DNA from: a virus
Length of the DNA: 64,000 nucleotides
Strand: one strand, 5' to 3'
Virus genome (UHGV): UHGV-1372779
Shown: piece after piece, positions 56,405 through 64,000 of the stretch
Numbering within the stretch: position 1 is the first letter of the stretch
Layout of the letters: the number at the start of each line of letters is the position of its first letter
Made by a program: the position numbers and the translations under genes
The notes under the pieces: generated by a model
Told to the model about the DNA's origin: nothing
Databases searched by the model: none
Seen by the model: the letters and a program-made list of their open reading frames with translations, nothing else

Positions 56405-56492
56405 GGAAGATTGCTAGAACGGTAATAGAACAGTCTTGAAAACTGATGTAACGTAATCATTCGTTGAGCAGGTTCGACTCCTGCATCTTCCT
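56405..56492 (+). tRNA. tRNA-Ser (anticodon UGA), class II
   Basis: Perfect acceptor ggaagat/atcttcc. Anticodon arm cagt-cuUGAaa-actg. Long variable arm. T-arm gcaggttcgactcctgc. Confidence 0.65.
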
Positions 56493-56504
56493 CATCAATA
56501 TAAT

Positions 56505-56576
56505 GCTCCAATAGTTTAACGGATAAAACAATTCTCTTCTAAAGAATAAATTCTAGTTCGATTCTAGGTTGGAGTA
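56505..56576 (+). tRNA. tRNA-Arg (anticodon UCU)
   Basis: Acceptor gctccaa/ttggagt. D-arm gttt-aacggata-aaac. Anticodon arm attct-cuUCUaa-agaat. T-arm tctagttcgattctagg. Confidence 0.65.
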
Positions 56577-56585
56577 CTAATTTAT

Positions 56586-56658
56586 ATACTCATAGCTCAA
56601 TCGGTAGAGCACCAGTCTCCAAAACTGAAGGTTCTAGGTTCAAGTCCTTGTGAGTATG
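56586..56658 (+). tRNA. tRNA-Trp (anticodon CCA)
   Basis: Perfect acceptor atactca/tgagtat. D-arm gctc-aatcggta-gagc. Anticodon loop cuCCAaa. T-arm ctaggttcaagtccttg. Confidence 0.65.
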
Positions 56659-56672
56659 CTAATTCAAACAAC

Positions 56673-57065
56673 ATGAATGTAACAAATTTATCTAAAGAAG
56701 AAAGATTGAAGCTCTTTCAAGAGTGGATGGATGCTAATAAGAAAGCTAATGAAGAGGGATACAATCCAGATATAACATCTAAAGATGGATATTATCTTAC
56801 ATTTGGCCATGATTATGATATATCTAAAGAAGAATTAGAAGATCCTAACTTCTATTTAATAGAATGGGGAGAAAGTTCTAAACTTCCTTACTGGATGAGA
56901 CAAATGGCTGATAAAATAGGTAAAAGATGTACTATAGATTGTTCTGGAGAAACAGGGATATTTCTGGGATTTACAGCTTCTTATGAGGATTTTTATTATA
57001 GAATAAAGCTTGATACAGGTGAGAATACATTAGAAACTTGTGTAAGTAATTTATTATTTGAATAG
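56673..57065 (+). CDS. Hypothetical protein (130 aa)
   Basis: ORF between tRNA genes. Its 3' end abuts tRNA-Ile. Confidence 0.45.
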   Translation: MNVTNLSKEERLKLFQEWMDANKKANEEGYNPDITSKDGYYLTFGHDYDISKEELEDPNFYLIEWGESSKLPYWMRQMADKIGKRCTIDCSGETGIFLGFTASYEDFYYRIKLDTGENTLETCVSNLLFE

Positions 57066-57135
57066 GATTATCTTCCAAAGGTTAGGAAACTTGACTGATA
57101 CTCAAGCAATCATGGTTCGAATCCATGTAATCCTA
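57064..57135 (+). tRNA. tRNA-Ile (anticodon GAU)
   Basis: Perfect acceptor aggatta/taatcct. D-arm ttcc-aaaggtta-ggaa. Anticodon arm cttga-cuGAUac-tcaag. T-arm catggttcgaatccatg. Confidence 0.7.
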
Positions 57136-57139
57136 CCCA

Positions 57140-57428
57140 TTAAGTAGTAATACTTGGTGCTGTTCAGAGTTAAGTTGAAAGTACGCCTCTGCAACCGGGA
57201 AATGTTGTAAAACTAATTAGAAAAAACTTATCGTACCATGAGAGGGAGACAGTTGACCTCTCACTTTTGAAACAAAATATGTAAAAATATTCACATAGTT
57301 GGTGACTATGTGCGTACAAGGTAGCACAAGGTTGTACAGAGGAGCTAACCACTCAAACCGTGCTAAAAATGTGATCATCTGTACTGATGAGAGTATGTAC
57401 AGGACTTTTTAAGTCAAATCTCTCACTT
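57140..57428. other. ORF-free, hairpin-rich spacer between tRNA-Ile and tRNA-Ala (possible sRNA or processing region)
   Basis: Multiple perfect hairpins: gagagg..cctctc plus cttttg; cacatagt-tggtg-actatgtg; gtacaa..ttgtac; ctgtac-tgatgagagtat-gtacag. Only a low-complexity minus-strand ORF. Confidence 0.3.
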
Positions 57429-57500
57429 TGGGGTCATAGTATAAAGGCTATTATACTAGATTTGCATTCTAGTGATCTGGGTTCGATTCCCAGTGATTCC
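57429..57500 (+). tRNA. tRNA-Ala (anticodon UGC)
   Basis: Acceptor ggggtca/tgattcc (two G-U). Anticodon arm ctaga-uuUGCau-tctag. T-arm ctgggttcgattcccag. Confidence 0.6.
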
Positions 57501-57511
57501 ACAATTATTTA

Positions 57512-57597
57512 AGTACCTTTGGCCGAGTGGACGATGGCACATGACTGTTAATCATGCAGGAGAAATCCTCACCGTAAGTTCGAATCTTACAGGGTAC
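57512..57597 (+). tRNA. Atypical tRNA: class II architecture (GCCGAGUGG D-arm, 17-nt variable arm, G73) with a GUU (Asn) anticodon
   Basis: Acceptor gtacctt/agggtac. D-arm gcc-gagtggacgat-ggc. Anticodon arm catga-cuGUUaa-tcatg. Variable arm caggagaaatcctcacc. T-arm gtaagttcgaatcttac. Confidence 0.5.
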
Positions 57598-57729
57598 GCT
57601 CATTCTTAACCTACATCTTAGGATGCTAATATAGTTGTACAAGAATGTCTTTGTAGTGTTAGGTGAATACAAAGACGCTGGCTGCAGCGTGATACTCAAT
57701 GGTGGAATTAAGAGCAGCACCACCAATTT

Positions 57730-57800
57730 GCAGGTATAGCACAGTGGTAGTGCAGGAGCCTTCCAAGCTCACTACGTGGGTTCGATTCCCATTACCTGCT
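57730..57800 (+). tRNA. tRNA-Gly (anticodon UCC)
   Basis: Perfect acceptor gcaggta/tacctgc. D-arm gcac-agtggta-gtgc. Anticodon loop cuUCCaa. T-arm gtgggttcgattcccat. Confidence 0.7.
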
Positions 57801-57831
57801 CTATTAACATATTAAATAAGATAAGATAATT

Positions 57832-58188
57832 ATGATCAATTTAGAAGAAAAAATTAAAAATAATGAAGATTTAATTAGAAAGTATACATTAGATCAATGG
57901 ATTGCATTATTAAAACATATATGTATATCCTGCATAAGAATTCCTTCTAAAAAGGAAATAGAATCTATTATGAATGCAAATTCATTTAAAGTAGAATATG
58001 CAGAAGGAAGGATTATAAAAATAGAACTTTACACAAATGATCTGTGTTGGGAAGACTTTAAAATGGAGTTAAATATATTAAATATAGTAATTTCTAGACA
58101 GAAAGGATATAACACATTTGAACAAATTACATTTATTCCTCTTGAAGTGTTTAAAATATTAAATGATGGTATTTTTAAATGTAAATAA
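57832..58188 (+). CDS. Hypothetical protein (118 aa)
   Basis: ORF between tRNA genes. Confidence 0.45.
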   Translation: MINLEEKIKNNEDLIRKYTLDQWIALLKHICISCIRIPSKKEIESIMNANSFKVEYAEGRIIKIELYTNDLCWEDFKMELNILNIVISRQKGYNTFEQITFIPLEVFKILNDGIFKCK

Positions 58189-58194
58189 TTATAT

Positions 58195-58268
58195 TGCGGG
58201 ATAGACTGGAGAGGTTCCAGCTCAGTCTCATAAGCTGAATTACGTGAGTTCGATTCTCACTCCCGCAA
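58195..58268 (+). tRNA. tRNA with CAU anticodon (third CAU tRNA; Met/fMet/Ile2 unresolved), non-standard D region
   Basis: Acceptor tgcggga/tcccgca. Anticodon arm tcagt-cuCAUaa-gctga. T-arm gtgagttcgattctcac. Four nt between acceptor and D-stem. Confidence 0.55.
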
Positions 58269-58295
58269 CTATTTATTACTTAAATTAGATAAATT

Positions 58296-58703
58296 ATGAT
58301 TAATCTACAAGTTATTCCTTTTGAAGAATTACTTCAATGGAAAGAGAAAATTCAAGAAGAACTAGATAGAAGAGATCTCTATGCATTCGACATTACTGTA
58401 AAAGCATTATTTGAACTTCATCCAGAAAAGAAAGTATTAGTGTTAGGAATGTCTTATAAAGCATATGATACCCCTTATGAAACAGGTACTAGTTCTGCAA
58501 TTTGGGTTGATGAAGCATTTGGCAAATATGGAGAAGATGATCTAATCAACCTCTGCGAGGATGAGGAGACAGAGAATCTTATTCAAAAGTTAGCAAGATA
58601 CTTTAACCTTGAAGAAGACAATGAATTATATCCTGGACAAAGATGTATTTATTATATAGATAGATCTGATCCAGAGAATATTCAGACATATATAGAGGGT
58701 TAA
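58296..58703 (+). CDS. Hypothetical acidic protein (135 aa)
   Basis: ORF between tRNA genes. Confidence 0.45.
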   Translation: MINLQVIPFEELLQWKEKIQEELDRRDLYAFDITVKALFELHPEKKVLVLGMSYKAYDTPYETGTSSAIWVDEAFGKYGEDDLINLCEDEETENLIQKLARYFNLEEDNELYPGQRCIYYIDRSDPENIQTYIEG

Positions 58704-58715
58704 TAATCCTCTAAT

Positions 58716-58789
58716 GGAACTATAGCTCAGTAGGTAGAGCACTAGATTGAAGATCTAGGTTTGCACTGGTTCGATCCCAGTTAGTTCCA
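58716..58789 (+). tRNA. tRNA-Phe (anticodon GAA)
   Basis: Perfect acceptor ggaacta/tagttcc. D-arm gctc-agtaggta-gagc. Anticodon arm ctaga-uuGAAga-tctag. T-arm actggttcgatcccagt. Confidence 0.75.
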
Positions 58790-59068
58790 CGTTTAATATT
58801 CTATAAGAGAGACTATTATGTAGTATAGTTTTATTATGTTGAATATATGTTTTGAGCAGTTGTATCATTGAAAACTCCTCCCTCTTAGTGCTTTGGTTGG
58901 TAAAATAAAGCAGGCGAAAGTTTTAGCTCCTTCTAGAGAGTTTTTCAGACAGCCATAAGGAATTTGAAAAAGACCGTGTTCTAGACCTTTCATACTAGAA
59001 GGTTAAAAGTATGATATTTATTGTGCACAATTTTAGGGGAGAGGTACATGTACTATCTCCCTAAATAT

Positions 59069-59140
59069 TACCCTGTAACTCAATGGCAGAGTACTACACT
59101 TTTAATGTAGGAGTTGTGGGTTCAAGTCCCATCAGGGTAA
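59069..59140 (+). tRNA. tRNA-Lys (anticodon UUU)
   Basis: Perfect acceptor taccctg/cagggta. D-arm actc-aatggca-gagt. Anticodon arm ctaca-cuUUUaa-tgtag. T-arm gtgggttcaagtcccat. Confidence 0.7.
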
Positions 59141-59150
59141 CTAATTTTAT

Positions 59151-59224
59151 AGAGGATTAACTCAGCGGTTGAGAGTGTCACTTTTACACAGTGAAAGTCA
59201 TAGGTTCGAATCCTATATCCTCTA
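59151..59224 (+). tRNA. tRNA-Val (anticodon UAC)
   Basis: Perfect acceptor agaggat/atcctct. Anticodon arm tcact-uuUACac-agtga. T-arm ataggttcgaatcctat. Confidence 0.65.
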
Positions 59225-59226
59225 CT

Positions 59227-59300
59227 GTGTTATTAGCTTAGTTGGTTAAAGCGCTGGGTTGTGGTTCCAGAGATCATGGGTTCAAGTCCCATATAACACC
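59227..59300 (+). tRNA. tRNA-His (anticodon GUG)
   Basis: Perfect acceptor gtgttat/ataacac. D-arm gctt-agttggtta-aagc. Anticodon loop uuGUGgu. T-arm atgggttcaagtcccat. Confidence 0.6.
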
Positions 59301-59316
59301 TAATGTTTAATTTTAT

Positions 59317-59404
59317 GGAAGGTTACTCAAATTGGTTAAGAGGACACATTGCTAACGTGTTAGAGCAGTAAAATGCTGTGAGAGTTCGAACCTCTCACCT
59401 TCCT
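59317..59404 (+). tRNA. tRNA-Ser (anticodon GCU), class II
   Basis: Perfect acceptor ggaaggt/accttcc. Anticodon loop uuGCUaa. Variable arm agagcagtaaaatgctgt. T-arm gagagttcgaacctctc. Confidence 0.7.
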
Positions 59405-59422
59405 CAAATAATAAATAATGCA

Positions 59423-59563
59423 ATGGAAAAGAGATTTAAAGTAATAACTAAAATGAATCAGATTCATTTAGTTACAATAGAAACAGAAGAGAAGTATAAA
59501 TTAGGGTTATACTTATCCTATTTAACAGAATTATTTGGTGAATCAGAAATAATTTCTCTATAA
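59423..59563 (+). CDS. Hypothetical small protein (46 aa from ATG 59423)
   Basis: The track ORF begins inside tRNA-Ser. The first ATG after the tRNA is at 59423. Confidence 0.25.
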   Translation: MEKRFKVITKMNQIHLVTIETEEKYKLGLYLSYLTELFGESEIISL

Positions 59564-59568
59564 TAAAT

Positions 59569-59874
59569 ATGGAAAGTAATATTGAGATAAATGACGGAGA
59601 TATTATCCAATTTAAGAATGAAAATAATTCAAGATATTGGGTTGCAATACATCATTCTAAATGTAATATGGATAATAGAGAGAAATTTAGAAGAAATATC
59701 GCTGATCATACTGGATATTATTTATTTAGTGGAATTTGGTATGAGGGAGATATTTTAACTGATAAACCTTATGGAAAATGTATAGAACAGCTCAGAAGAG
59801 GTATGTTTCCTAATATAGAAATAGTAGGAAATATTATTAAAGATTTTGAGAGGTTTAAAGAAATGTTAGTGTAG
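59569..59874 (+). CDS. Hypothetical protein (101 aa)
   Basis: ORF. Confidence 0.45.
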   Translation: MESNIEINDGDIIQFKNENNSRYWVAIHHSKCNMDNREKFRRNIADHTGYYLFSGIWYEGDILTDKPYGKCIEQLRRGMFPNIEIVGNIIKDFERFKEMLV

Positions 59875-59885
59875 TATTTATATAA

Positions 59886-59957
59886 GTCGGGTTCATCTAG
59901 GGGTCAGGATTACAGATTTTCGATCTGTTCACAGGGGTTCAAATCCCCTACCCGATA
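59886..59957 (+). tRNA. tRNA-Glu (anticodon UUC)
   Basis: Acceptor gtcgggt/acccgat (G-U at 1-72). Anticodon arm acaga-uuUUCga-tctgt. T-arm aggggttcaaatcccct. Confidence 0.65.
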
Positions 59958-60067
59958 CAAAATTTAGTTAAACAATAATGGCAGCTTAATAGTATAGGTG
60001 ATGCTTTTTTATCTAATTAGAAATAATTTAATTAAGAAGCACTCAACCTATATTATTAAGATTTTAA

Positions 60068-60141
60068 GCACCTGTAGCCCAATTGGCAGAGGCAATAGAT
60101 TTAGGCTCTATCCAGTGTGAGTTCGAATCTCACTAGGTGTA
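60068..60141 (+). tRNA. Atypical tRNA: class I body (5-nt variable loop) with UAG anticodon (a Leu-type anticodon normally found on class II tRNAs)
   Basis: Acceptor gcacctg/taggtgt (two G-U). D-arm tagcccaattggcagaggc. Anticodon arm ataga-uuUAGgc-tctat. Variable ccagt. T-arm gtgagttcgaatctcac. Confidence 0.5.
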
Positions 60142-60427
60142 CGAAAATCAAGAAAGAACAGGTTTTCGATTTTTTGGTGCAGTTTGGGGTATTTGAAGAT
60201 TGATTTCATCTTTAAATACCCCATTTTTATTTTTATACTTAACTTCAAAATATGAGCCTATTTTATACCCAAAATGATGTAATTTTTAGAATCTCATTCT
60301 GGAACTGTATATTGAAAATAATAAAAATTTCATAAGGTGTATATATAATGAAATTATGAGTAATTTAGTTAAATATTTTTAAATTTATTTGATGTTGAAT
60401 TTTATAAATAATAGATAGAATATAGTT

Positions 60428-60883
60428 ATGAATGATTACGCATGTAAAAATCCCTATTGCGAGGATGGCAGAATATCTACATTCCATAATTGTGCTGAAT
60501 TTAAAGAAAAGTTCAGGGAATTTTTGAGAGTATTTAGTAGGTTTAGTTCTGATGTCCTTGGTTACAAAGAGGATAAAGAAGAGAGAATTTGGTCTGGAAA
60601 CAGGTTTGACAGAAGAGAAGATTGTGAACGTTTTGAAGAAGAACTTCTTTTGTATTTAAGATTAAGAGCATATCTTAGTTTTAGGAATTGGTTGGTGACT
60701 AAGAAAGATTATGTATCAAATATAAGAGTAGTATACTCTTACAATGAAAACAAATGGGTAGTAAGCAGTGAAAAGAATAAGGGAATCTTAGCTTTGTATA
60801 TAGATACACTTGAACATGCTGAGAAGGTTGCTAATATGCTTAACTATAGTAAAGTAGAGTTTGATAATTTATTTTCCGAATGA
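60428..60883 (+). CDS. Hypothetical protein (151 aa)
   Basis: ORF. Cys/His pattern at the N-terminus (CKNPYCEDGRISTFHNC). Confidence 0.45.
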   Translation: MNDYACKNPYCEDGRISTFHNCAEFKEKFREFLRVFSRFSSDVLGYKEDKEERIWSGNRFDRREDCERFEEELLLYLRLRAYLSFRNWLVTKKDYVSNIRVVYSYNENKWVVSSEKNKGILALYIDTLEHAEKVANMLNYSKVEFDNLFSE

Positions 60884-60886
60884 TTT

Positions 60887-61378
60887 ATGAAAAGATTTAT
60901 TTTAATTATTAGTATCATATTTATATCACTATCAGGTTTTTCTCAGGAAGTAGTATCTAAGGATTCTACAAATATATTATCAGAGAAAATATATAATGAT
61001 GTAAAACAGGCTATAGTAGGTGTCTCTCAAGCCCTTAAAGTAGGAGCTGAGAATGTTTATGAAATTGTTAAAGCTCAACAGGCTGTTAATAGTATTATCA
61101 ATCTTTGTGTGATTGTATGTGGTGTTCTTCTAACTTTACTTATATTTCGTTATCTTAAATCTACTATAAAAGTAGTAACAAAGAAGGATGAGAAGGGAAA
61201 AGCCATTGATTGGTATTATAATAAAGACTCAGAAACATGGGTATTTGCACATGTATTAGGAGGAGTGATGTTGGCAGTACTAGTAGTATTTACTATGGTC
61301 ACTATTAAAAATACTATAACAGGATTTTTAAATCCAGACTTTGGAGTTATTAATTATTTATTAGAATTTATAAAATGA
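60887..61378 (+). CDS. Membrane protein with signal peptide (163 aa)
   Basis: N-terminal signal-like segment plus two to three TM helices. First gene of the NfeD/flotillin cluster. Confidence 0.45.
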   Translation: MKRFILIISIIFISLSGFSQEVVSKDSTNILSEKIYNDVKQAIVGVSQALKVGAENVYEIVKAQQAVNSIINLCVIVCGVLLTLLIFRYLKSTIKVVTKKDEKGKAIDWYYNKDSETWVFAHVLGGVMLAVLVVFTMVTIKNTITGFLNPDFGVINYLLEFIK

Positions 61379-61905
61379 TAGATATTATATTGACATTAGC
61401 TATAGTAGTTTCTGCGATATTTGTAATCCAATTCTTAGTATCTATATTAGGTATGGGAGTAGACATGGATGTTGACTTAGATTCTAGCTTTGACACTGAT
61501 ATAGATAGTACAGGTTCTACAGTAGGAGACTTAATATCCTTTAAAGGAGTATTGCATTTCTTATTAGGATTCTGTTGGACTTTAGTATTATTGAAAGAGA
61601 TTAAGGCTCTAACTGTAGCTGTTGCTATAGGAGTTGGAATATTATTTGTAATAGTACTATATCATGTATATAAAGGTATTAATAAATTAAAATCTGAACC
61701 AACTAGAGAAACTTTATCAGATCTAGTAGGAAGATCCTGCACTATATATTGTAAACTACCTAATGAGAATGGGTATATGGTGAGTATAGTTGTTAATGGT
61801 TTAGTAACAGAAAAGACTGTATTTTCTCAATCTAATATACCTTATGAGGTAGGAGATATAGTATTTATCACAGATTGTAATGATGAGTTTTTATTTATTG
61901 AATAG
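61375..61905 (+). CDS. NfeD-like membrane protein (176 aa)
   Basis: N-terminal TM helices plus a C-terminal soluble beta domain (LVGRSCTIYCKLPNENGYMVSIVVNGLVTEKTVFSQ..IPYEVGDIVFITDCND) resembling the NfeD/YuaF OB-fold. Stop overlaps the start of the flotillin gene. Confidence 0.55.
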   Translation: MIDIILTLAIVVSAIFVIQFLVSILGMGVDMDVDLDSSFDTDIDSTGSTVGDLISFKGVLHFLLGFCWTLVLLKEIKALTVAVAIGVGILFVIVLYHVYKGINKLKSEPTRETLSDLVGRSCTIYCKLPNENGYMVSIVVNGLVTEKTVFSQSNIPYEVGDIVFITDCNDEFLFIE

Positions 61906-61929
61906 TTATATAATTTTAATTAGTTAAAA

Positions 61930-63756
61930 ATGGAAGGATTAGATTTAAGTTCGCTATTAATTGTAGCAGGAATTTTAGTTGTAGTAATTATTATTACTAT
62001 CATTGCGGTTTTATCAAGATATAGGAAGTGTCCTCCTGATAAAATCTTAATAATTTATGGTAAATCTTCTAAGGATAAAGAAGGTAACAAGAAACCTTCT
62101 AAGGTTATTCATGGAGGATCTACATTTGTTTGGCCTTACTTCCAAGGTTATACTACAATGTCCTTAATTCCAATTCAATTTAAATGTACTATTGCTGATG
62201 CATTATCAAGTCAGTATATTAGAGTAACTGTGCCTATTACAGCTACAGTTGCTGTAAATTCTGAGGAACCATTTGTTCAAAATGCAGTAAGTAGATTAGC
62301 TGGATTGACTGAGGACACTATTATAGAAATGACTAGAGAAATTATCTATGGCCAATTTAGGGAAATTATTTCTAAATCTTCTATTGAACAGTTAAATGCT
62401 GACAGAGATGCTTTTAGAACTAACTGTGAGCAAAGTATTGCTAGTGAGTTAAATAAACTAGGATTGAAACTTATCAATATTAACATTGTGGATATTCAAG
62501 ATGAAGCTGGATATATTGCAAATATTGGTAAGAAGGAAGCAGCTAAAGCAGTTAATCAAGCTAAAGTAGAAACTGCAGAGGAAGACAAACAAGGAGCAAC
62601 TAAGAGTGCTGAGATTGAAAAGGATAAAGCAACCCAAGTAGCAGAAACTGAAAAGAATAGAATTAGTATTTTAGCAGAAACCAAGAAAGAGGAGGCTATT
62701 AAGGTTGCAGAAACTGAGAAGAATAGAGTGAGTGCTTTAGCAGAGATTGAGAAAGAGAAAGCTACTCAAGTAGCAGAGGCTGATAGAATCAGAGAGACTA
62801 CTGTAGCTGAAACCAAAGCTCAAGAAAGTGCAAGTATTGTACAATCTAAGAATAATGCAGCTGTAGAAATTGCTAAATCAGATGCAGAAAGGGAATCTAA
62901 ACAAGTAGAGTTTGATAACTCTAAGGAAATTAAGATTGCTCAATCTAACTCTGAAATGGAAATTAGAAAAGCAGAAGCTGAGAAGAATGCAATGGTTGGG
63001 AAGAATGAAGCAATGAAAGCTGTTGCAACCTCTGAAGGAGAATTGAAGGTAACTGAAGCAGAAGCAGAGAGAAAAGCTAGAGAGGCTCAAGTAATTGCAG
63101 ATGCTAAGGTTAAAGAAAGACAAGAACTTCAACAAAAAGCTGTAGAGGAAGCTAGAGCGCAAAAAGTTGAAACTCAGTTAAAAGCTGAAAAGATTGTTCC
63201 TGCAGAAATTGAGAAGGAGAAAGCTCGTCTTAATGCGGAGGCTTATCAGAATGAAGTAACTGGTAAAGCTAAAGCCGAAGCTGAGGCTATTAAACTCAAA
63301 GCAGAAGCAGAAGCGGCTGCAATTAGATTAAAACAAGAAGCAGAAGCAGCAGGTATTCAGGCTAAACTTGAAGCTGAGGCTGAGGGTAAGAGAAAGTCTG
63401 CATTAGCTGAGGCTGAGGGATTTAAAGCAACCATGGAAGCAGCTAAAGGAAATGAAACCTTAGCAATTCATTACAAAATGGTTACTCAGTATAAGGAAAT
63501 TGCTGGTGAGCAGGTTAAAGCATTTGAGAAGATGAACCTTGGAAATATCAATATCTTTGATACTGGTGATGGTAAAGGTGCTGGGAAGTTCATGAAGGAT
63601 ATTGTTAATACAGTTGCGCCTGCAACTAGTGTGTTATCCGAAATGCCAGTAATTGGAAAAGCTGTGAAAGCATTAGAGAGTGCTTTAGATAAGAAGAATG
63701 AGAGTGAGAATGGGGAGGGAGATGTTAAATCTTCTGCTTTCGAAGAGGTAAAGTAA
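61930..63756 (+). CDS. Flotillin-like SPFH/Band-7 protein with EA-repeat coiled coil (608 aa)
   Basis: N-terminal TM helix. SPFH-type domain (PPDKILIIYGK..GGSTFVWPYFQ..). Long Ala/Glu-rich coiled coil with repeated AEAEA/EAEAA units as in FloT/YuaG. Confidence 0.65.
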   Translation: MEGLDLSSLLIVAGILVVVIIITIIAVLSRYRKCPPDKILIIYGKSSKDKEGNKKPSKVIHGGSTFVWPYFQGYTTMSLIPIQFKCTIADALSSQYIRVTVPITATVAVNSEEPFVQNAVSRLAGLTEDTIIEMTREIIYGQFREIISKSSIEQLNADRDAFRTNCEQSIASELNKLGLKLININIVDIQDEAGYIANIGKKEAAKAVNQAKVETAEEDKQGATKSAEIEKDKATQVAETEKNRISILAETKKEEAIKVAETEKNRVSALAEIEKEKATQVAEADRIRETTVAETKAQESASIVQSKNNAAVEIAKSDAERESKQVEFDNSKEIKIAQSNSEMEIRKAEAEKNAMVGKNEAMKAVATSEGELKVTEAEAERKAREAQVIADAKVKERQELQQKAVEEARAQKVETQLKAEKIVPAEIEKEKARLNAEAYQNEVTGKAKAEAEAIKLKAEAEAAAIRLKQEAEAAGIQAKLEAEAEGKRKSALAEAEGFKATMEAAKGNETLAIHYKMVTQYKEIAGEQVKAFEKMNLGNINIFDTGDGKGAGKFMKDIVNTVAPATSVLSEMPVIGKAVKALESALDKKNESENGEGDVKSSAFEEVK

Positions 63757-63762
63757 ATCTTT

Positions 63763-63797
63763 AGAGGAGTTAGGAAACTAACTCCTCTTTTTATTTA
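63763..63797 (+). terminator. Rho-independent terminator after the flotillin gene
   Basis: agaggagtta-ggaaac-taactcctct followed by ttttatttaaat. Confidence 0.7.
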
Positions 63798-63804
63798 AAT
63801 GTAA

Positions 63805-64000
63805 ATGAAACAAGTATTAGTTTTTGTAAAGGCTAAGAATTCTTTATTGTTTAGACAATATTCAACTTGTGTTCCTAAGGGAGAATTACTTCCAGATGAA
63901 ACTCCAGTTAAAGCAGCAATGAGAATTCTTAAAGAAATATATGGATTAAGATTTAAAGAATTACAATTTATAGAGCTAGATAATAATGAAAAGCATGTAA
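63805..64000 (+). CDS. NUDIX hydrolase-like protein, partial (runs off window end)
   Basis: GELLPDETPVKAAMRILKEIYGL approximates the Nudix box Gx5Ex7REuxEExGu. Preceding ..VLVFVKAKNSLLFRQ fits the Nudix fold start. Confidence 0.45.
   Translation, partial: MKQVLVFVKAKNSLLFRQYSTCVPKGELLPDETPVKAAMRILKEIYGLRFKELQFIELDNNEKHV

Noticed and set aside
57370-57400. CTGATGAG box suggesting a hammerhead ribozyme
   Set aside because: No GAAA plus stem III plus cleavage-site architecture follows. The segment is a simple GTAC-flanked hairpin.
44897-60141. Suppressor tRNAs (anticodons CUA, UUA or UCA) indicating stop-codon reassignment
   Set aside because: None of the 28 tRNA anticodons read by eye is a stop-decoding anticodon. 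All large structural genes are intact under the standard code.

Overview
This 64 kb window reads as part of a large, AT-rich (about 30% GC) tailed-phage genome (Caudoviricetes). Genes lack obvious Shine-Dalgarno sequences and have A-rich leaders, which is compatible with a Bacteroidota-type host; this is inference only.

Layout:
- 1..27200, minus strand: a structural and packaging block. It holds two giant tail fibres of 2230 and 1740 aa plus a third fibre at the window edge. These are built from shared shuffled modules and share an N-terminal anchor domain. Further fibre-like proteins, a portal protein and a large terminase follow. The terminase appears split near its Walker A region by a group I intron that carries a LAGLIDADG homing endonuclease.
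- 27200..30000, minus strand: a GroES-like co-chaperonin with an N-terminal extension, a PD-(D/E)XK nuclease and a zinc-ribbon protein.
- 30100..35400, plus strand: a lysis-type cassette with a phage-tail-lysozyme-like hydrolase, a 2-TM holin candidate, a DUF192 protein, a GH108 endolysin and a LamG-like protein. It also contains a gene interrupted by a G9 homopolymer.
- 35400..44800: small genes of mixed orientation, including HTH/DNA-binding proteins, a Zn-finger plus HNH_3-like paralogue pair, and tRNA-Phe-derived repeats.
- 44800..60200: at least 28 plus-strand tRNA genes in several clusters, several with atypical architecture. They are interleaved with small ORFs, a tandem paralogue pair (one copy broken by an A7 slippery run), long ORF-free structured spacers, and a vWA-domain gene.
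- 60400..64000, plus strand: a membrane protein, an NfeD-like protein and a flotillin (SPFH plus EA-repeat) operon, then a partial NUDIX gene at the window edge.

The most notable locus is 50313..54200. A Ro60/Rsr-like protein (helical N-domain plus vWA with a DxSGS MIDAS motif) is split by a second group I intron carrying a LAGLIDADG endonuclease; splicing recreates the vWA 'SDGE' motif. Immediately downstream is a tRNA array containing two 112-117 nt tRNA-like RNAs with perfect GGGG-initiated acceptor-type stems and T-arms but no canonical D or anticodon arms (Y-RNA/YrlA-like candidates). The array also holds tRNA fragments and a conserved ACTTACAA(T/A)A motif with flanking inverted repeats around each tRNA.

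All calls were made by eye from the sequence, so coordinates of RNA features are approximate (plus or minus a few nt).
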